Assembly: GCA_965204745.1 (NCBI GenBank)
Contig: OZ242010.1
Coordinates: forward strand, 4,928,001 to 4,992,000
Source: Candidatus Latescibacterota bacterium
GTDB taxonomy: Bacteria > Latescibacterota > UBA2968
Direction of reading: 5' to 3'
DNA length: 64,000 nt
The stretch's first letter is position 1. Each line of letters opens with the position of its first letter. Under the pieces are notes generated by a model. The model was not told the DNA's origin, ran no database searches, and was given only the letters and a program-made list of their open reading frames with translations. A program made the position numbers and the translations under genes. Shown here piece by piece: positions 49,934 to 59,667 of the stretch.

Positions 49934-51799
49934 ATGAAGTCCATCGGTCTGATTTCCAACCCGACCCAGCCGGGCATGGGTGCTGCGGTCGATCAACTGG
50001 CAACGCGCATCCACCAGCGGGGCATCGACGCGCTGATCGCCGACAATTTGCGCCCAATCTGCAAATCCGACGCGCGGTGGTTTTGTGTGGTCGATCAGTT
50101 GCCCGAGCGCACGGATATGATCGTGGCGATGGGGGGCGATGGTACGTTGTTGCGCGCCGCCGCCCAAGTGCATCCGCACAGCACGCCGATTTTGGGGGTG
50201 AATTTGGGGCGGTTGGGGTTTTTGTCCGGCGCGGAACCCCGGGAATTAGACGATGGCCTCGACCGCTTGTTGAACGGCGATTACGCGATAGAAGAGCGAA
50301 TTGCCCTGCACGCGCAAACGCGCACGCACAACGCCTTTGCCCTCAACGAAGTGGTCATTGAGCGCAGTGTCACGGCGCGCTTGGTGCAAGTGGTGATGCG
50401 CGTCGGCGATGCGCCGGTGCTGTTCGACGATTCCCGTAGCATGAGCGTGTCCGAATACGGCGATCAGACGCGCGCAGAGCGATTCGTGCAGGCGTACCGC
50501 GCATCCGGATTTGAGGACGCCTTGGCGCGGACGCATCGGGTCGTGCGGTTTCGGTTTGGCGAGAACATAGCGCGAGTCAATGGTGTTGCGGACCTCGGCT
50601 TTGATCAGGCGCAGTCGGATATCGCGGGCGCAGTGCGTTCGGTGATCGGGCAAATGGCCGGCGCGGAACTGTCGGCGGTGGTGGTGTTCAGCGACGGGGT
50701 GCAGCAAAGCGATGCGCCCGTGCAACTGAAGGAGTTGCCCGGTGACGTGCCCGTGTTTGCCGTGGGAACGGGGCGCGACGACCGTTGGCGCGACTTGGCA
50801 TTGGTCGATGTGGCTACCACCCGGGTGCGAGACGACGAAGTGGCGGTGACAGCGCGGGTGGTCGCCGAGGGCATGGCCGGGGAAGATGTGCACGTTGAAA
50901 CCCGGGCCGGCGGGCGCGTCGTGGCGTCGGCCTCACTTGCGATTTCAGGGGAGAAAGAAGAACACTACGTCCGCCTGAAATTTCAGCCGAGGGCCGAGGG
51001 CTGGCGGGTCTATCGCGTGCAGACGCGCCTGGCAGATACCACGAGCGCGAAAGACCGCATCGCCGCGAATAATGCACGGGATATTTTGGTGGATCAGCGC
51101 GTGCGGGTGTTTCGCATTTTGTACTTTAGCGGGCGGCCAAATTGGGAGGGCAAGTTTTTGCGCCGCGCATTGGATGGGGATCGGCAGTTGGCCTTGTCGA
51201 GCCTGCTCCGCATTTCCGGGCCCGAGCGCAAGTTCGTGTTTCGGGGCCGCGATGCGACGATGGCGAATCCCCTGTTTGAGGGCTTTGACGATCAGGCGTT
51301 GAACGCGCCGCGCTACGACGAGGCCGTGTTCATCCGCATCGGCGTGTCCAAATCCGCGTTGGCGAGTGGGTATCCGTCCGATGCCGCCGAGCTTTTTCGC
51401 TACGATCTGGTGATTTGGGGGGACATCGAGCGCGATTTCTTTTCCCTTGCCCAACTCAATTTGACGCGGGAATTTGTGTCCAAACGCGCGGGGAGCTTTT
51501 TGATGCTGGGCGGGCCGCGCGCGTACTCTGAAGGCGGGTGGGCGCGGTCGAGCATCGAGCCGTTGTTGCCTATCGCGCTGGGGCCTGCGGGCGATTACGA
51601 CGACATTGCCTTTCGCGCAAAGCCGACCATTGACGGCCTCTTGTCCGGGGTGTGGTCATTGGGCGAAAATGCCGCAGTCAATAACGCACAGGCGCGGCTG
51701 GATCGTTTTCCATTGTGGCACCGCCCGCCATTTTATATCCTACTCGCGGCATTGCTGTGCATGGAATGGTATTTGAGACGAAAGCGGGGCGAACCGTGA
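49934..51799 (+). pseudogene. nadK: Chimeric ORF: NAD kinase N-terminal half fused in frame to a VWA/glutamine-amidotransferase-like membrane protein fragment
   Basis: GGDGT, GVNLGRLGFL, ALNEV, then a switch at ~50419 to LFDDSRSM...FSDG...GRPNWEGKF...GGP...EWYLRR; NadK TPTGSTAY domain absent. Confidence 0.7.
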
Positions 51800-52752
51800 A
51801 GGCGATGGTATTTATTGCGATTGGCCTGAGTTGCGTCGGACAGGCGCGGGCCGCGGCTTTTGACGTGATCATCAGCGGCAGCGGTGGCGAAGCGATATAC
51901 GCAGAGCGGTTCGGCACTTGGGCACAGCGGTTGCGGCAGGCACTCATCGACCGATGCGGCCATCCCAAAGACCATGTGCGATTGCTCAATGAGACGGGCG
52001 AGAACGCCGATGGCGTCGCGTCCAAACAGGGCATTGGCAAGGCCCTGCGCGAGTTGTCCGAGCGCGTCACCCCAAGCGACGACGCGTTCGTTTTTCTCAT
52101 CGGGCACGGCACGTATCGGCGGCGGGTTGCCAAGTTGAATCTCCCCGGCCCGGATTTGACCGCCGCAGAACTCGACGGCCTTTTGAAGCTCCTGTCCGCA
52201 CGGCGCGTCGTCATTGTCAACAGCGCGTCTATGAGCGCGCCCTTTGTCAACGCGCTCAGCCGCGCCGGGCGGATTGTGTGCGCGAGTACGCGCAGCGCGA
52301 ATCAGCGCGACGCCACGCGATTCATGGGCTTTTTCGTGCAGGCATTGGAAGATGGCAACGCGGATCAAAACCGCGATGACCGCATTTCCATTTTGGAAAT
52401 TTGCACCCAAGCCGCGTCCCTGACCGATGCGTGGTTTTTGGGCGAGGGCCTGATCCCCACCGAGAACGCGATTTTGGACGACAATGGCGATGGCTTGGGC
52501 ACGCGGCTGTCAGACCTGCGAGTTGACGCGGGCGACGGGGCCGTGGCTACCCGTTGTTTCCTCCGCGATTTCCGCGTTCCCAAAGGTGCGTCGCCCGAAC
52601 TCGTCCGAGCTTATGGCGAGGCCATTGACGCGGTGCAAGCACTGGTCGCCCAAAAAGCGATGATGGACTCGGTGGCCTATTACCACTTGTTGGAACGCGA
52701 GTTGGTGAAGGCGGCGCGGTTGAATCGGGCGATCAAGAGCAACCACAGATGA
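51796..52752 (+). CDS. Secreted hypothetical protein with caspase/C13-peptidase-like fold
   Basis: Signal peptide, FLIGHG, NLPGPDL, ADQNRDDRIS, LDDNGDG; GTG overlaps the upstream TGA. Confidence 0.65.
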   Translation: MKAMVFIAIGLSCVGQARAAAFDVIISGSGGEAIYAERFGTWAQRLRQALIDRCGHPKDHVRLLNETGENADGVASKQGIGKALRELSERVTPSDDAFVFLIGHGTYRRRVAKLNLPGPDLTAAELDGLLKLLSARRVVIVNSASMSAPFVNALSRAGRIVCASTRSANQRDATRFMGFFVQALEDGNADQNRDDRISILEICTQAASLTDAWFLGEGLIPTENAILDDNGDGLGTRLSDLRVDAGDGAVATRCFLRDFRVPKGASPELVRAYGEAIDAVQALVAQKAMMDSVAYYHLLERELVKAARLNRAIKSNHR

Positions 52753-52897
52753 ACGCGGGCGGTGTACAACTGCGATAGCCGCTCACGAGTACGCAGAGCG
52801 GATTGGGGTCGCAGGTAGGGCGCAGTGAGGGGGGGTTAATCCGCGTAATCCCTGAATCCGCGACAATCCGCGATTCAGACAAATGGAGGAGGATGTG

Positions 52898-53635
52898 ATG
52901 TTGACTGACGAACAGAGGCAGCGGTTTCGCAATGAGGGGTACCTAATTTTTGAGGGCCTCATTCGCGGAGCGCGGTTGGCGTATTACAAAGGGGTGTTTG
53001 ACGAATTGGTCGCCCAAGGCCGCGGGCTGACCGAGCAGATTCCGCATTGGACGCTCGAGTTGGACGAGCGCGGCGTGCCTCGCCCCGGGTTGTTGCACAA
53101 AGTTCAGGGCGTTTGCATGGTCGATCCCCGGGTGCTGGAACTGGCGCGTGAACCTGCGATTTTGGACCGCGTGGAAGCCCTGATCGGCAAAAATATCGAC
53201 GTGTTTGGCACCAAGTTTTTTCCCAAATTGCCCAATGGCGGCACATCGACGCACTGGCATCAGGACAATTTCTATTTTGGCACCGAGACCGAGCGCATCA
53301 TCAGTTGCGGCGTTTATCTGGAAGACTCGGATGTGGAGAACGGCTGTTTGCGCGTCGTGCCCGGCAGCCATCGCCTGGGCAAAATCGTCGAACACCGCAA
53401 GAACCCGGCCCTGCACGGCATGTGGACGGACGTCGATGAGTCGCGGGCCGTGGATCTGGTCATTCCGGCCGGGACTGTGGTGCTGTTTTCCGCCAATATC
53501 CTCCACGGCGCGTACGACAACCACAGCACCCGCACGCGCTACAGCACGGCTTGGCACTACTTGCCCGAGACGCTCAATCCGGAAAAATTCATAAAGGGCA
53601 AATACGAGGACCGACATGTGGCGCGCAAACATTGA
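52898..53635 (+). CDS. Phytanoyl-CoA dioxygenase (PhyH) family protein
   Basis: FRNEGY, WHQD, NGCLRVVPGSH, ILHGA..N. Confidence 0.9.
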   Translation: MLTDEQRQRFRNEGYLIFEGLIRGARLAYYKGVFDELVAQGRGLTEQIPHWTLELDERGVPRPGLLHKVQGVCMVDPRVLELAREPAILDRVEALIGKNIDVFGTKFFPKLPNGGTSTHWHQDNFYFGTETERIISCGVYLEDSDVENGCLRVVPGSHRLGKIVEHRKNPALHGMWTDVDESRAVDLVIPAGTVVLFSANILHGAYDNHSTRTRYSTAWHYLPETLNPEKFIKGKYEDRHVARKH

Positions 53636-53656
53636 CCCCTCCCCGAGGCGGGGCGG

Positions 53657-53784
53657 ACTGACAACTGACAACTGACAACTGACAACTGACAACTGACAAC
53701 TGACAACTGACAACTGACAACTGACAACTGACAACTGACAACTGACAACTGACAACTGACAACTGACAACTGACAACTGACAAC
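53657..53784. repeat. (ACTGACA)x18 heptamer tandem array, continuing at 54970-55000 after the IS
   Basis: 128 bp of perfect 7-mer repeat. Confidence 0.97.
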
Positions 53785-54969
53785 GGCGTTGTTGCATAAA
53801 TCGCTATTGCCTGCGAGTTGGGATTGCAAAAAGATAGGCTCCTTCGTAGATTGGGCATATTTATCACCGAAACCACTCACCCTTTCTCACTAAGGAACCT
53901 GTCATGCCCAAGATAACCGCTTCCAAGACCGCCGTCAAGTCCCCGCGTCGCCCGCGTCGCCCGCGCTGTGAGCCTGTCTATCGGGTCCGGAACTGGGCGG
54001 CCTACGAGGCCGGTCTCAAGCAACGGGGCAGTCTGACGTTTTGGATCACGCCGCAAGCTCTTCGGGGGTGGTACCATCAAGGGCCAACGCAACGGGGGAG
54101 GCAAAACACCTTTTCAGATTTGGCTATTCAAACGGCGTTGATGTTGCGCTTGGTCTATGCCTTGCCCCTGCGTCAAACCGAGGGGTTTCTCACGTCCATC
54201 CTGGCGTTGATGGGGGTGGCTTTGCGCGTGCCCGATCACACGATCCTCTGCCGGCGACAGGGCGATTTGAACGTGGATTTACCTGTCCAATCCCGTCACG
54301 CGCCGATCCACTTGGTGGTGGATTCTACCGGCCTGAAAGTGTATGGCGAAGGGGAATGGAAGGTGCGTCAACACGGCTTTTGCAAGCGCCGGACTTGGCG
54401 CAAATTGCACATCGGCGTCGATGAGGCCACCGGGGAGCTTGTCGCACAGACCCTGACCTCGGCAAGCTTTGATGACGCTTCGCAGGTCAACCCCTTGCTC
54501 GATCAAGTCCTGGCCCCTGTGATATGATGGGCGCAGATGGCGGCTATGACAAACGCAAGGGCTTCAACACATGCGCCGCCCCCAAACAAGGAGGCCCCAT
54601 CCGACCTCTTTTTCTTCCGCGCCATGACGCGAAAATTGAACAACACGGAAACAGGAAGGCGCCCCGCCTCTCCCGCGATGAAATCATCCGAGCGATCAGG
54701 CGTCAAGGCCGCCGAAAGTGGAAACGCACCCGTGGCTATCATCGCCGCTCGGTCGTTGAAACCCAACTATGCCGCTACAAGCAACTCATTGGGCGGCAGT
54801 TGCGCGCACGCAGTCAGGAGAACCAAGAAACGGAAGCGCGGTTGGGATGTGCGGTGCTCAATCGCATGATGAGGATCGCGAAACCCGTGTCCTATCCCAG
54901 AGAAAGAGGGGCTTAAATCTCGCGGGAAAGGGACGAACTTTGCCACGACAACATTTATGCAACAACGCC
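53785..54969 (+). mobile_element. IS5 family, IS903-group element; transposase frameshifted near 54524
   Basis: 17-bp IR GGCGTTGTTGCATAAAT/ATTTATGCAACAACGCC; flanks ACTGACAAC/ACTGACTAC; motifs VRNWAAY, VDSTGLKVYGEGEW, ADGGYD, YHRRSVVET. Confidence 0.92.
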
Positions 54970-55051
54970 ACTGACTACTGACTACTGACTACTGACAACT
55001 CGGGATCATCGTCTTTGCGCGTCTAGGCTTTGTCATCGGCGTGGGCAGTAC

Positions 55052-55245
55052 TAGGTTCTGTTGACATTTTGTTTTCGTGCGATGCCGCAAAATAGAGAAC
55101 GCCTCGATAACTCGTGCTACGTTTCTCAAAGCGAGAGAATATTCTACGATACGGCTTCATTTTCCCAATGAATTGCTCAATCAAATTGCGTTGCTGGTAC
55201 CGATGGCGATCATAATCACGAGGGTCTTGCGATAAGACCGGGAGG
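55052..55245 (-). mobile_element. Degenerate 3'-end remnant of the IS found in xseA
   Basis: Starts TAGGTTCTGTTGACATTTTGTT and parallels 48159-48360 with substitutions and indels. Confidence 0.85.
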
Positions 55246-55292
55246 GATTTTCACTTCAAGCCCCGCCAAAATCACGACCGCTCGTCAAAAAC

Positions 55293-55328
55293 AAAAGCCC
55301 GAGTTCCTTGCGAACCCGGGCTTTTTTT
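55293..55328. terminator. Bidirectional Rho-independent terminator
   Basis: AAAAGCCCGAGTTC...GAACCCGGGCTTTTTTT. Confidence 0.8.
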
Positions 55329-55346
55329 CAACATCGTTTTTACGCA

Positions 55347-58300
55347 TCAGCCTCCAGTGCCGAATTGGTCGGTGAGGATCTGGCCATCGGAAAATCCAAT
55401 TTCGCCATCGCTGTCGAGATCGTACCGCGCATCGTACTCCGCATCGCCTCGGCGCATCCCATACTTGAAAATAAAGGCTATGAAGTCGGCAAAATTAACC
55501 TGACCATCGCCATTGAAGTCGGCGGTCGGTTGTTGCACTTCAAGGGTGAACGTCAGCGAAGCGAAATCGCCATCTGCATCAAACGCCGACAAAGTGTATT
55601 CGGTCTCGGTCATCACCTTGCTCGGCGTGCCGGAGATCGTATGCGTGGCCGAGTCGAATCGCAATCCCTTCGGTAGGGTCGGCAGTAGGATATAGACTAG
55701 CGTGCCATCGCCACCGGTGGCTTCGGGCAGGGTCATGCGGACATTGCCCCCGATGATGTAGCGTTGCGCGGCAACCCGTGTCCCATCGCCAAAGGCAGGC
55801 AGTCGGTCCGCTATGACCGCGAGCGTGAACGTCAATGTCGCTACATCGCCATCTTCATCGGTTGCAGTCAATGTGTATTCGGTTGCGTCCAGTGCCTCTT
55901 GTGGGGTACCGGATAACACGCGCGTTTTTGCGTCAAAGGTCAGTCCCGAAGGCAGAGCGGGCGTCAGGGCGTAGGTCAGTGCCTCATCGCCACCGGTGGC
56001 AGTGGGCAGGGTCAGCGGCGCAATGGCCGTGCCTTGCTCATGGCGTTGTGCGGCAACCCGCGTCGCATCGCTGAAGGATGGTAGCCGATCCGCTGCGACC
56101 GCGAGCGTGAAGGTCAATGTCGTCGCATCGCCATCTGTATCGGTTGCAGTTAGCGTGTATTCGGTTTCGTCCATTATCTCGCCCGGCGTGCCAGACAGTT
56201 CCCGCGTTGTCGCGTCAAAGGTCAGTCCCGAAGGCAGAGCGGGCGTTAGGGCGTAGGTCAGTGCCTCATCGCCACCGGTGGCAGTGGGCAGGGTGATGCT
56301 GATGGCTGTCCCCGTCCGATAGCGTTGCGCGGTGACTGTTGAACCTTTGAAGGATGGCAGATGGTCTGGAGTGGGGTCGGGCGGGGCAGGGGGCGGCGAG
56401 GGCGGTCTGTCACTGGGCGTCCCCGTCACGTCCACCGAGGGTTGCCCATCGTCGGCGTCGGTCAAGGTGGCGATGACGCGCACAGTGTATTCCGTGCCTG
56501 CGGTCAGACCTGGGATTGTCGCACTCGTCTTACTGCCGTTGTCGATGACTTGCTGACGGTCAGAGGCGTACAACGCCTCCCCGGATTTCCACTGCACTTT
56601 GTAACCGGTCGCCCCGTTCACCGCATCCCATGACACGCCCAAATAGCCCTCGCCAGGCGCGACTGTCACACCCGTCACTTGCCCCGGTTCTGTCACCACT
56701 GTGACAGGCCCCGCCACCTGCGCGGCTGTCACGGTGAAGGTCACGGACTTGTCAATGTCCGCGACGTCGATAATTGCCTTAACTGTATTCGCACCCACAG
56801 CACCCAGGGTCAACCTTGTTGAAGCGCGACCATTGGCGTCTGTGGTATCGGTTGTGGTACTGAGCGACCCTCCACCCGCCGTGACCGAAAAAGTGACCGG
56901 CACCCCGGCAAAGGCAACGTAGTTCGTATCCCGCAGGCGGTCGCGGTCCAAGAAGATTGCGAATAAACCATGATCCTCGCCAAAGGCAACGTAGTTCGTA
57001 TCCCGCACTTCAACGATGAACGGATCGGACAGGCGAGAACCAGCCGTGCCGGTTTGATCATCGCCTGAGATTTTTACCAAACTGGTCAAGGTGCGGGTAT
57101 CGTAGCGTACACTAACGCCTCGGGACTGAAAGGCGGGGATATGGGTGGTGTGGGAAGGATAGCTCAAGAGATTACCCCTAATGTCCAGAAGTTCCAGGCT
57201 GGTTAAGCCCGACAGGGCCGAGATATCTGAGATACGGTTAATAAGAAGATGCAGACGTTCCAGGCTGGTGAGACCCTTAAGTGGCGAGATATCCGAGATG
57301 TCGTTTTTCCAAAGATCCAGATTTGTCAGTCTGGTTAAGCCCGACAGGGCCGAGATATCCGAGATGGTGTTGTAGGAAAGATCCAGATTTGTCAGTCTGG
57401 TTAAGCCCGACAGGGCCGAGATATCCGAGATGTTGCTGCGGAAAAGCCGTAGCTCTTTCAGTCTGGTTAAGCCCGACAGGGCCGAGATATCCGAGATGTC
57501 GTTGGCGTCAAGATCCAGATGTTCCAGGTTGGTTAAGCCCGACAGGGCCGAGATATCAGAGATACGGTTAATAAGAAGATACAGAATTTCCAGGCTGGTG
57601 AGACCCTTAAGTGGCGAGATATCCGAGATGTCGTTTTCTTTAAGATTCAGATATGTCAGGCTGGTTAAGCCCGACAGGGCCGAGATATCAGAGATGTTGT
57701 TGAGGCCAAGATACAGAAGTGTCAGGCTGGTTAAGCCCGACAGGGCCGAGATATCCGAGATACGGTTGCCGCCAAGCTCCAGAATTTCCAGTCTGGTTAA
57801 GCCCGACAGGGCCGAGATATCCGAGATGTTGTTGTCGTAAAGCTCCAGAAGTGTCAGGCTGGTTAAGCCCGACAGGGCCGAGATATCCGAGATACGGTTG
57901 TTGCCAAGATACAGCGTATCCAGGCTGATTGCATGCTCCAGCCCGGTCAAATCCCTTATGCCCCAAGTATCAACAAGGCGGGTCAGGGTCGCCATCTCAC
58001 TTGGGGTAATGATCGCACCGCTCGGTTTTTTCAGTGCGACCTCAATGGCAACACGCAATTTGGCGTCGGGGATGTTCACGCCTCGCTCAACGGTCACTGT
58101 GTAGGTTTTCGTCGTGATCCCATCTTCTGCGGCAACCACTATGGTAATAGTGTTTTCGCCCACACTGAGGGAAATGGCACTACTCGCACTGCCACTCGAT
58201 ACCGAAGTGCCGTTCACCGTGATCGTGGTGCCGTTGTGGTTGCTCGTCGGCGTGACGGTCAGGCTGATTGTGCTGTTCGCCACGGTCGCGGTGTAGGCGA

Positions 58301-58460
58301 GAGAGTCGCGGGCAAAGGCCGGATCCAGCGTCCCTGCCGAGAGCGTCAGGCCGCTCAAATCCGCATCGCTTGAAGCACTATTCTGCGCGGCGGATTCGCC
58401 ACAAACAACGAGCAGGGCGCAGAGCATAAGAACGGAGCTAAAAGGGCGGTAGGTCGTCAT
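55347..58460 (-). CDS. Secreted multidomain protein: cadherin-like beta-sandwich, internalin-type LRRs, Ig-like (Big), fibronectin III, three putative Ig domains, dockerin/EF-hand
   Basis: Signal peptide; ADLSGLTLS..LDPAF; about 11 x 22-aa LRR (NNISDISALSGLTSL); YKVQWKSG; LPTATGG...LPSGLTFD; ADFNGDGQVNFADF. Confidence 0.9.
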   Translation of the reverse strand: MTTYRPFSSVLMLCALLVVCGESAAQNSASSDADLSGLTLSAGTLDPAFARDSLAYTATVANSTISLTVTPTSNHNGTTITVNGTSVSSGSASSAISLSVGENTITIVVAAEDGITTKTYTVTVERGVNIPDAKLRVAIEVALKKPSGAIITPSEMATLTRLVDTWGIRDLTGLEHAISLDTLYLGNNRISDISALSGLTSLTLLELYDNNISDISALSGLTRLEILELGGNRISDISALSGLTSLTLLYLGLNNISDISALSGLTSLTYLNLKENDISDISPLKGLTSLEILYLLINRISDISALSGLTNLEHLDLDANDISDISALSGLTRLKELRLFRSNISDISALSGLTRLTNLDLSYNTISDISALSGLTRLTNLDLWKNDISDISPLKGLTSLERLHLLINRISDISALSGLTSLELLDIRGNLLSYPSHTTHIPAFQSRGVSVRYDTRTLTSLVKISGDDQTGTAGSRLSDPFIVEVRDTNYVAFGEDHGLFAIFLDRDRLRDTNYVAFAGVPVTFSVTAGGGSLSTTTDTTDANGRASTRLTLGAVGANTVKAIIDVADIDKSVTFTVTAAQVAGPVTVVTEPGQVTGVTVAPGEGYLGVSWDAVNGATGYKVQWKSGEALYASDRQQVIDNGSKTSATIPGLTAGTEYTVRVIATLTDADDGQPSVDVTGTPSDRPPSPPPAPPDPTPDHLPSFKGSTVTAQRYRTGTAISITLPTATGGDEALTYALTPALPSGLTFDATTRELSGTPGEIMDETEYTLTATDTDGDATTLTFTLAVAADRLPSFSDATRVAAQRHEQGTAIAPLTLPTATGGDEALTYALTPALPSGLTFDAKTRVLSGTPQEALDATEYTLTATDEDGDVATLTFTLAVIADRLPAFGDGTRVAAQRYIIGGNVRMTLPEATGGDGTLVYILLPTLPKGLRFDSATHTISGTPSKVMTETEYTLSAFDADGDFASLTFTLEVQQPTADFNGDGQVNFADFIAFIFKYGMRRGDAEYDARYDLDSDGEIGFSDGQILTDQFGTGG

Positions 58461-58584
58461 GGTGAACTCCTAAAGTTATACCACCAAAAAAAATAGAATC
58501 TACACGATTGCAGCGTGATTTGCGAATAATATAACACAGACAAAACAAAAAAACAAAAAAAATTGGTAGTACAATGTATTTCCC

Positions 58585-58725
58585 ATCGGTCTGTCCCGTC
58601 TGTTTGTCCCGCGCCGAGCCGGTCAGTTGGTAAATCCCCGTGGGCACTTGTGCCACATCGATCTGCAAATATCCATCTCGCGCCCCCTTCGTAATCCGCG
58701 GTCACGGTACGGGGCATGGCGCCAT
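58585..58725 (-). pseudogene. C-terminal relic of a GWxTD-type gene
   Basis: LQIDVAQVPTGIYQLTGSARDKQTGQ parallels VELDIGQVKAGRYRLIMTVKDHNSAQ in 36644-39001. Confidence 0.45.
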
Positions 58726-58861
58726 CAGAGGATCGCACGGACAACGGATAACGGACAACGGACCGCTGACCACTTGGGCGGGGGCGGGGTTGCCTCACCT
58801 CTCCCATCTTACGTCTCACCGAAGGGGGCTGGGCGGGGTGGGAACTGACAACTGACCATCG

Positions 58862-59602
58862 CTATTTCCCCACCGATCCAAAATACACGGCAAAGTGTTC
58901 AACGCCGTCGAGTTTGAGTGCTCGGTTCAATTCGTCATCGTTAAATGCGGCACTCGTGCATGCGCGGCAATTCACGGCCATCGCGCCCAAATACAAATTC
59001 TGCCCCACATGGCCGGCATCCAAGTGGAGGTAGCGATATCCCCTATCGCCGTAACGCCAAGTCATGCGTGCGGCCACCGCTGTCCAGATCAACGTGGCGG
59101 CACTCGTTTGGATCAATTCCGGTTGCAACGTGGTACTTGCAATCCGATCCCCAATCTCCTCAGAACGCTCAATCGCGCCCAAGGCGTGTCCCAGTGCCAA
59201 ATACCGGTACAATCCCCGCTCCAAGTTCTGCACATTGTTGACCACCACATAGGTCTCAAATGCGTGGCGCGCGCCCGCTGATGGCACGGTGCGAAACGTC
59301 TCGCCCTGCGCCATCTCCTTCACGCCCTGCGTCGCCCAAAGCAAATACGCCAGTTCGTCCAAACGCAGGGGATCATCGAAAAACACCCGCTCGCTTTCGC
59401 GCTCGTCAATGGCCCGGCGCAAATCCATTTCCGCGGTCCCGATCTGATCGGGTTTGGGCAAGGCCACGGTCTCGCCCCGATACGGCAACTCGGGCATGGG
59501 CGGCGGTTCTCTGCGCGCCTGTCCGGTCGGTTGCAAATTCTTGAATTGCGTGCGCCGCATAAATTCCTGCCCTGCTTGCACGCGCCGTTTGCGCTTTGCC
59601 AT
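58862..59602 (-). CDS. SagB/ThcOx-family nitroreductase-like dehydrogenase
   Basis: RESER, LLWATQG, RTVPSAGARHAFETY, WRYGDRGYRY..LDAGH..QNLYL. Confidence 0.9.
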   Translation of the reverse strand: MAKRKRRVQAGQEFMRRTQFKNLQPTGQARREPPPMPELPYRGETVALPKPDQIGTAEMDLRRAIDERESERVFFDDPLRLDELAYLLWATQGVKEMAQGETFRTVPSAGARHAFETYVVVNNVQNLERGLYRYLALGHALGAIERSEEIGDRIASTTLQPELIQTSAATLIWTAVAARMTWRYGDRGYRYLHLDAGHVGQNLYLGAMAVNCRACTSAAFNDDELNRALKLDGVEHFAVYFGSVGK

Positions 59603-59667
59603 TGAATTGCCTCCTTCGTGTAAGCCTGCCGCACGGAACTGCGAAAGACATCTCGGGCGCCTTGTAG

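Noticed and set aside
53657-53784. Possible CRISPR array
   Set aside because: Pure 7-bp tandem repeat with no spacers; no cas genes in the window
52943-53880. ORFs with (CQLSVVS)n repeats
   Set aside because: Translations of the heptamer array, antisense to PhyH
58862-59602. SagB-like gene as a RiPP (azole) cluster
   Set aside because: No YcaO, precursor peptide or transporter nearby; stand-alone members of this family are common
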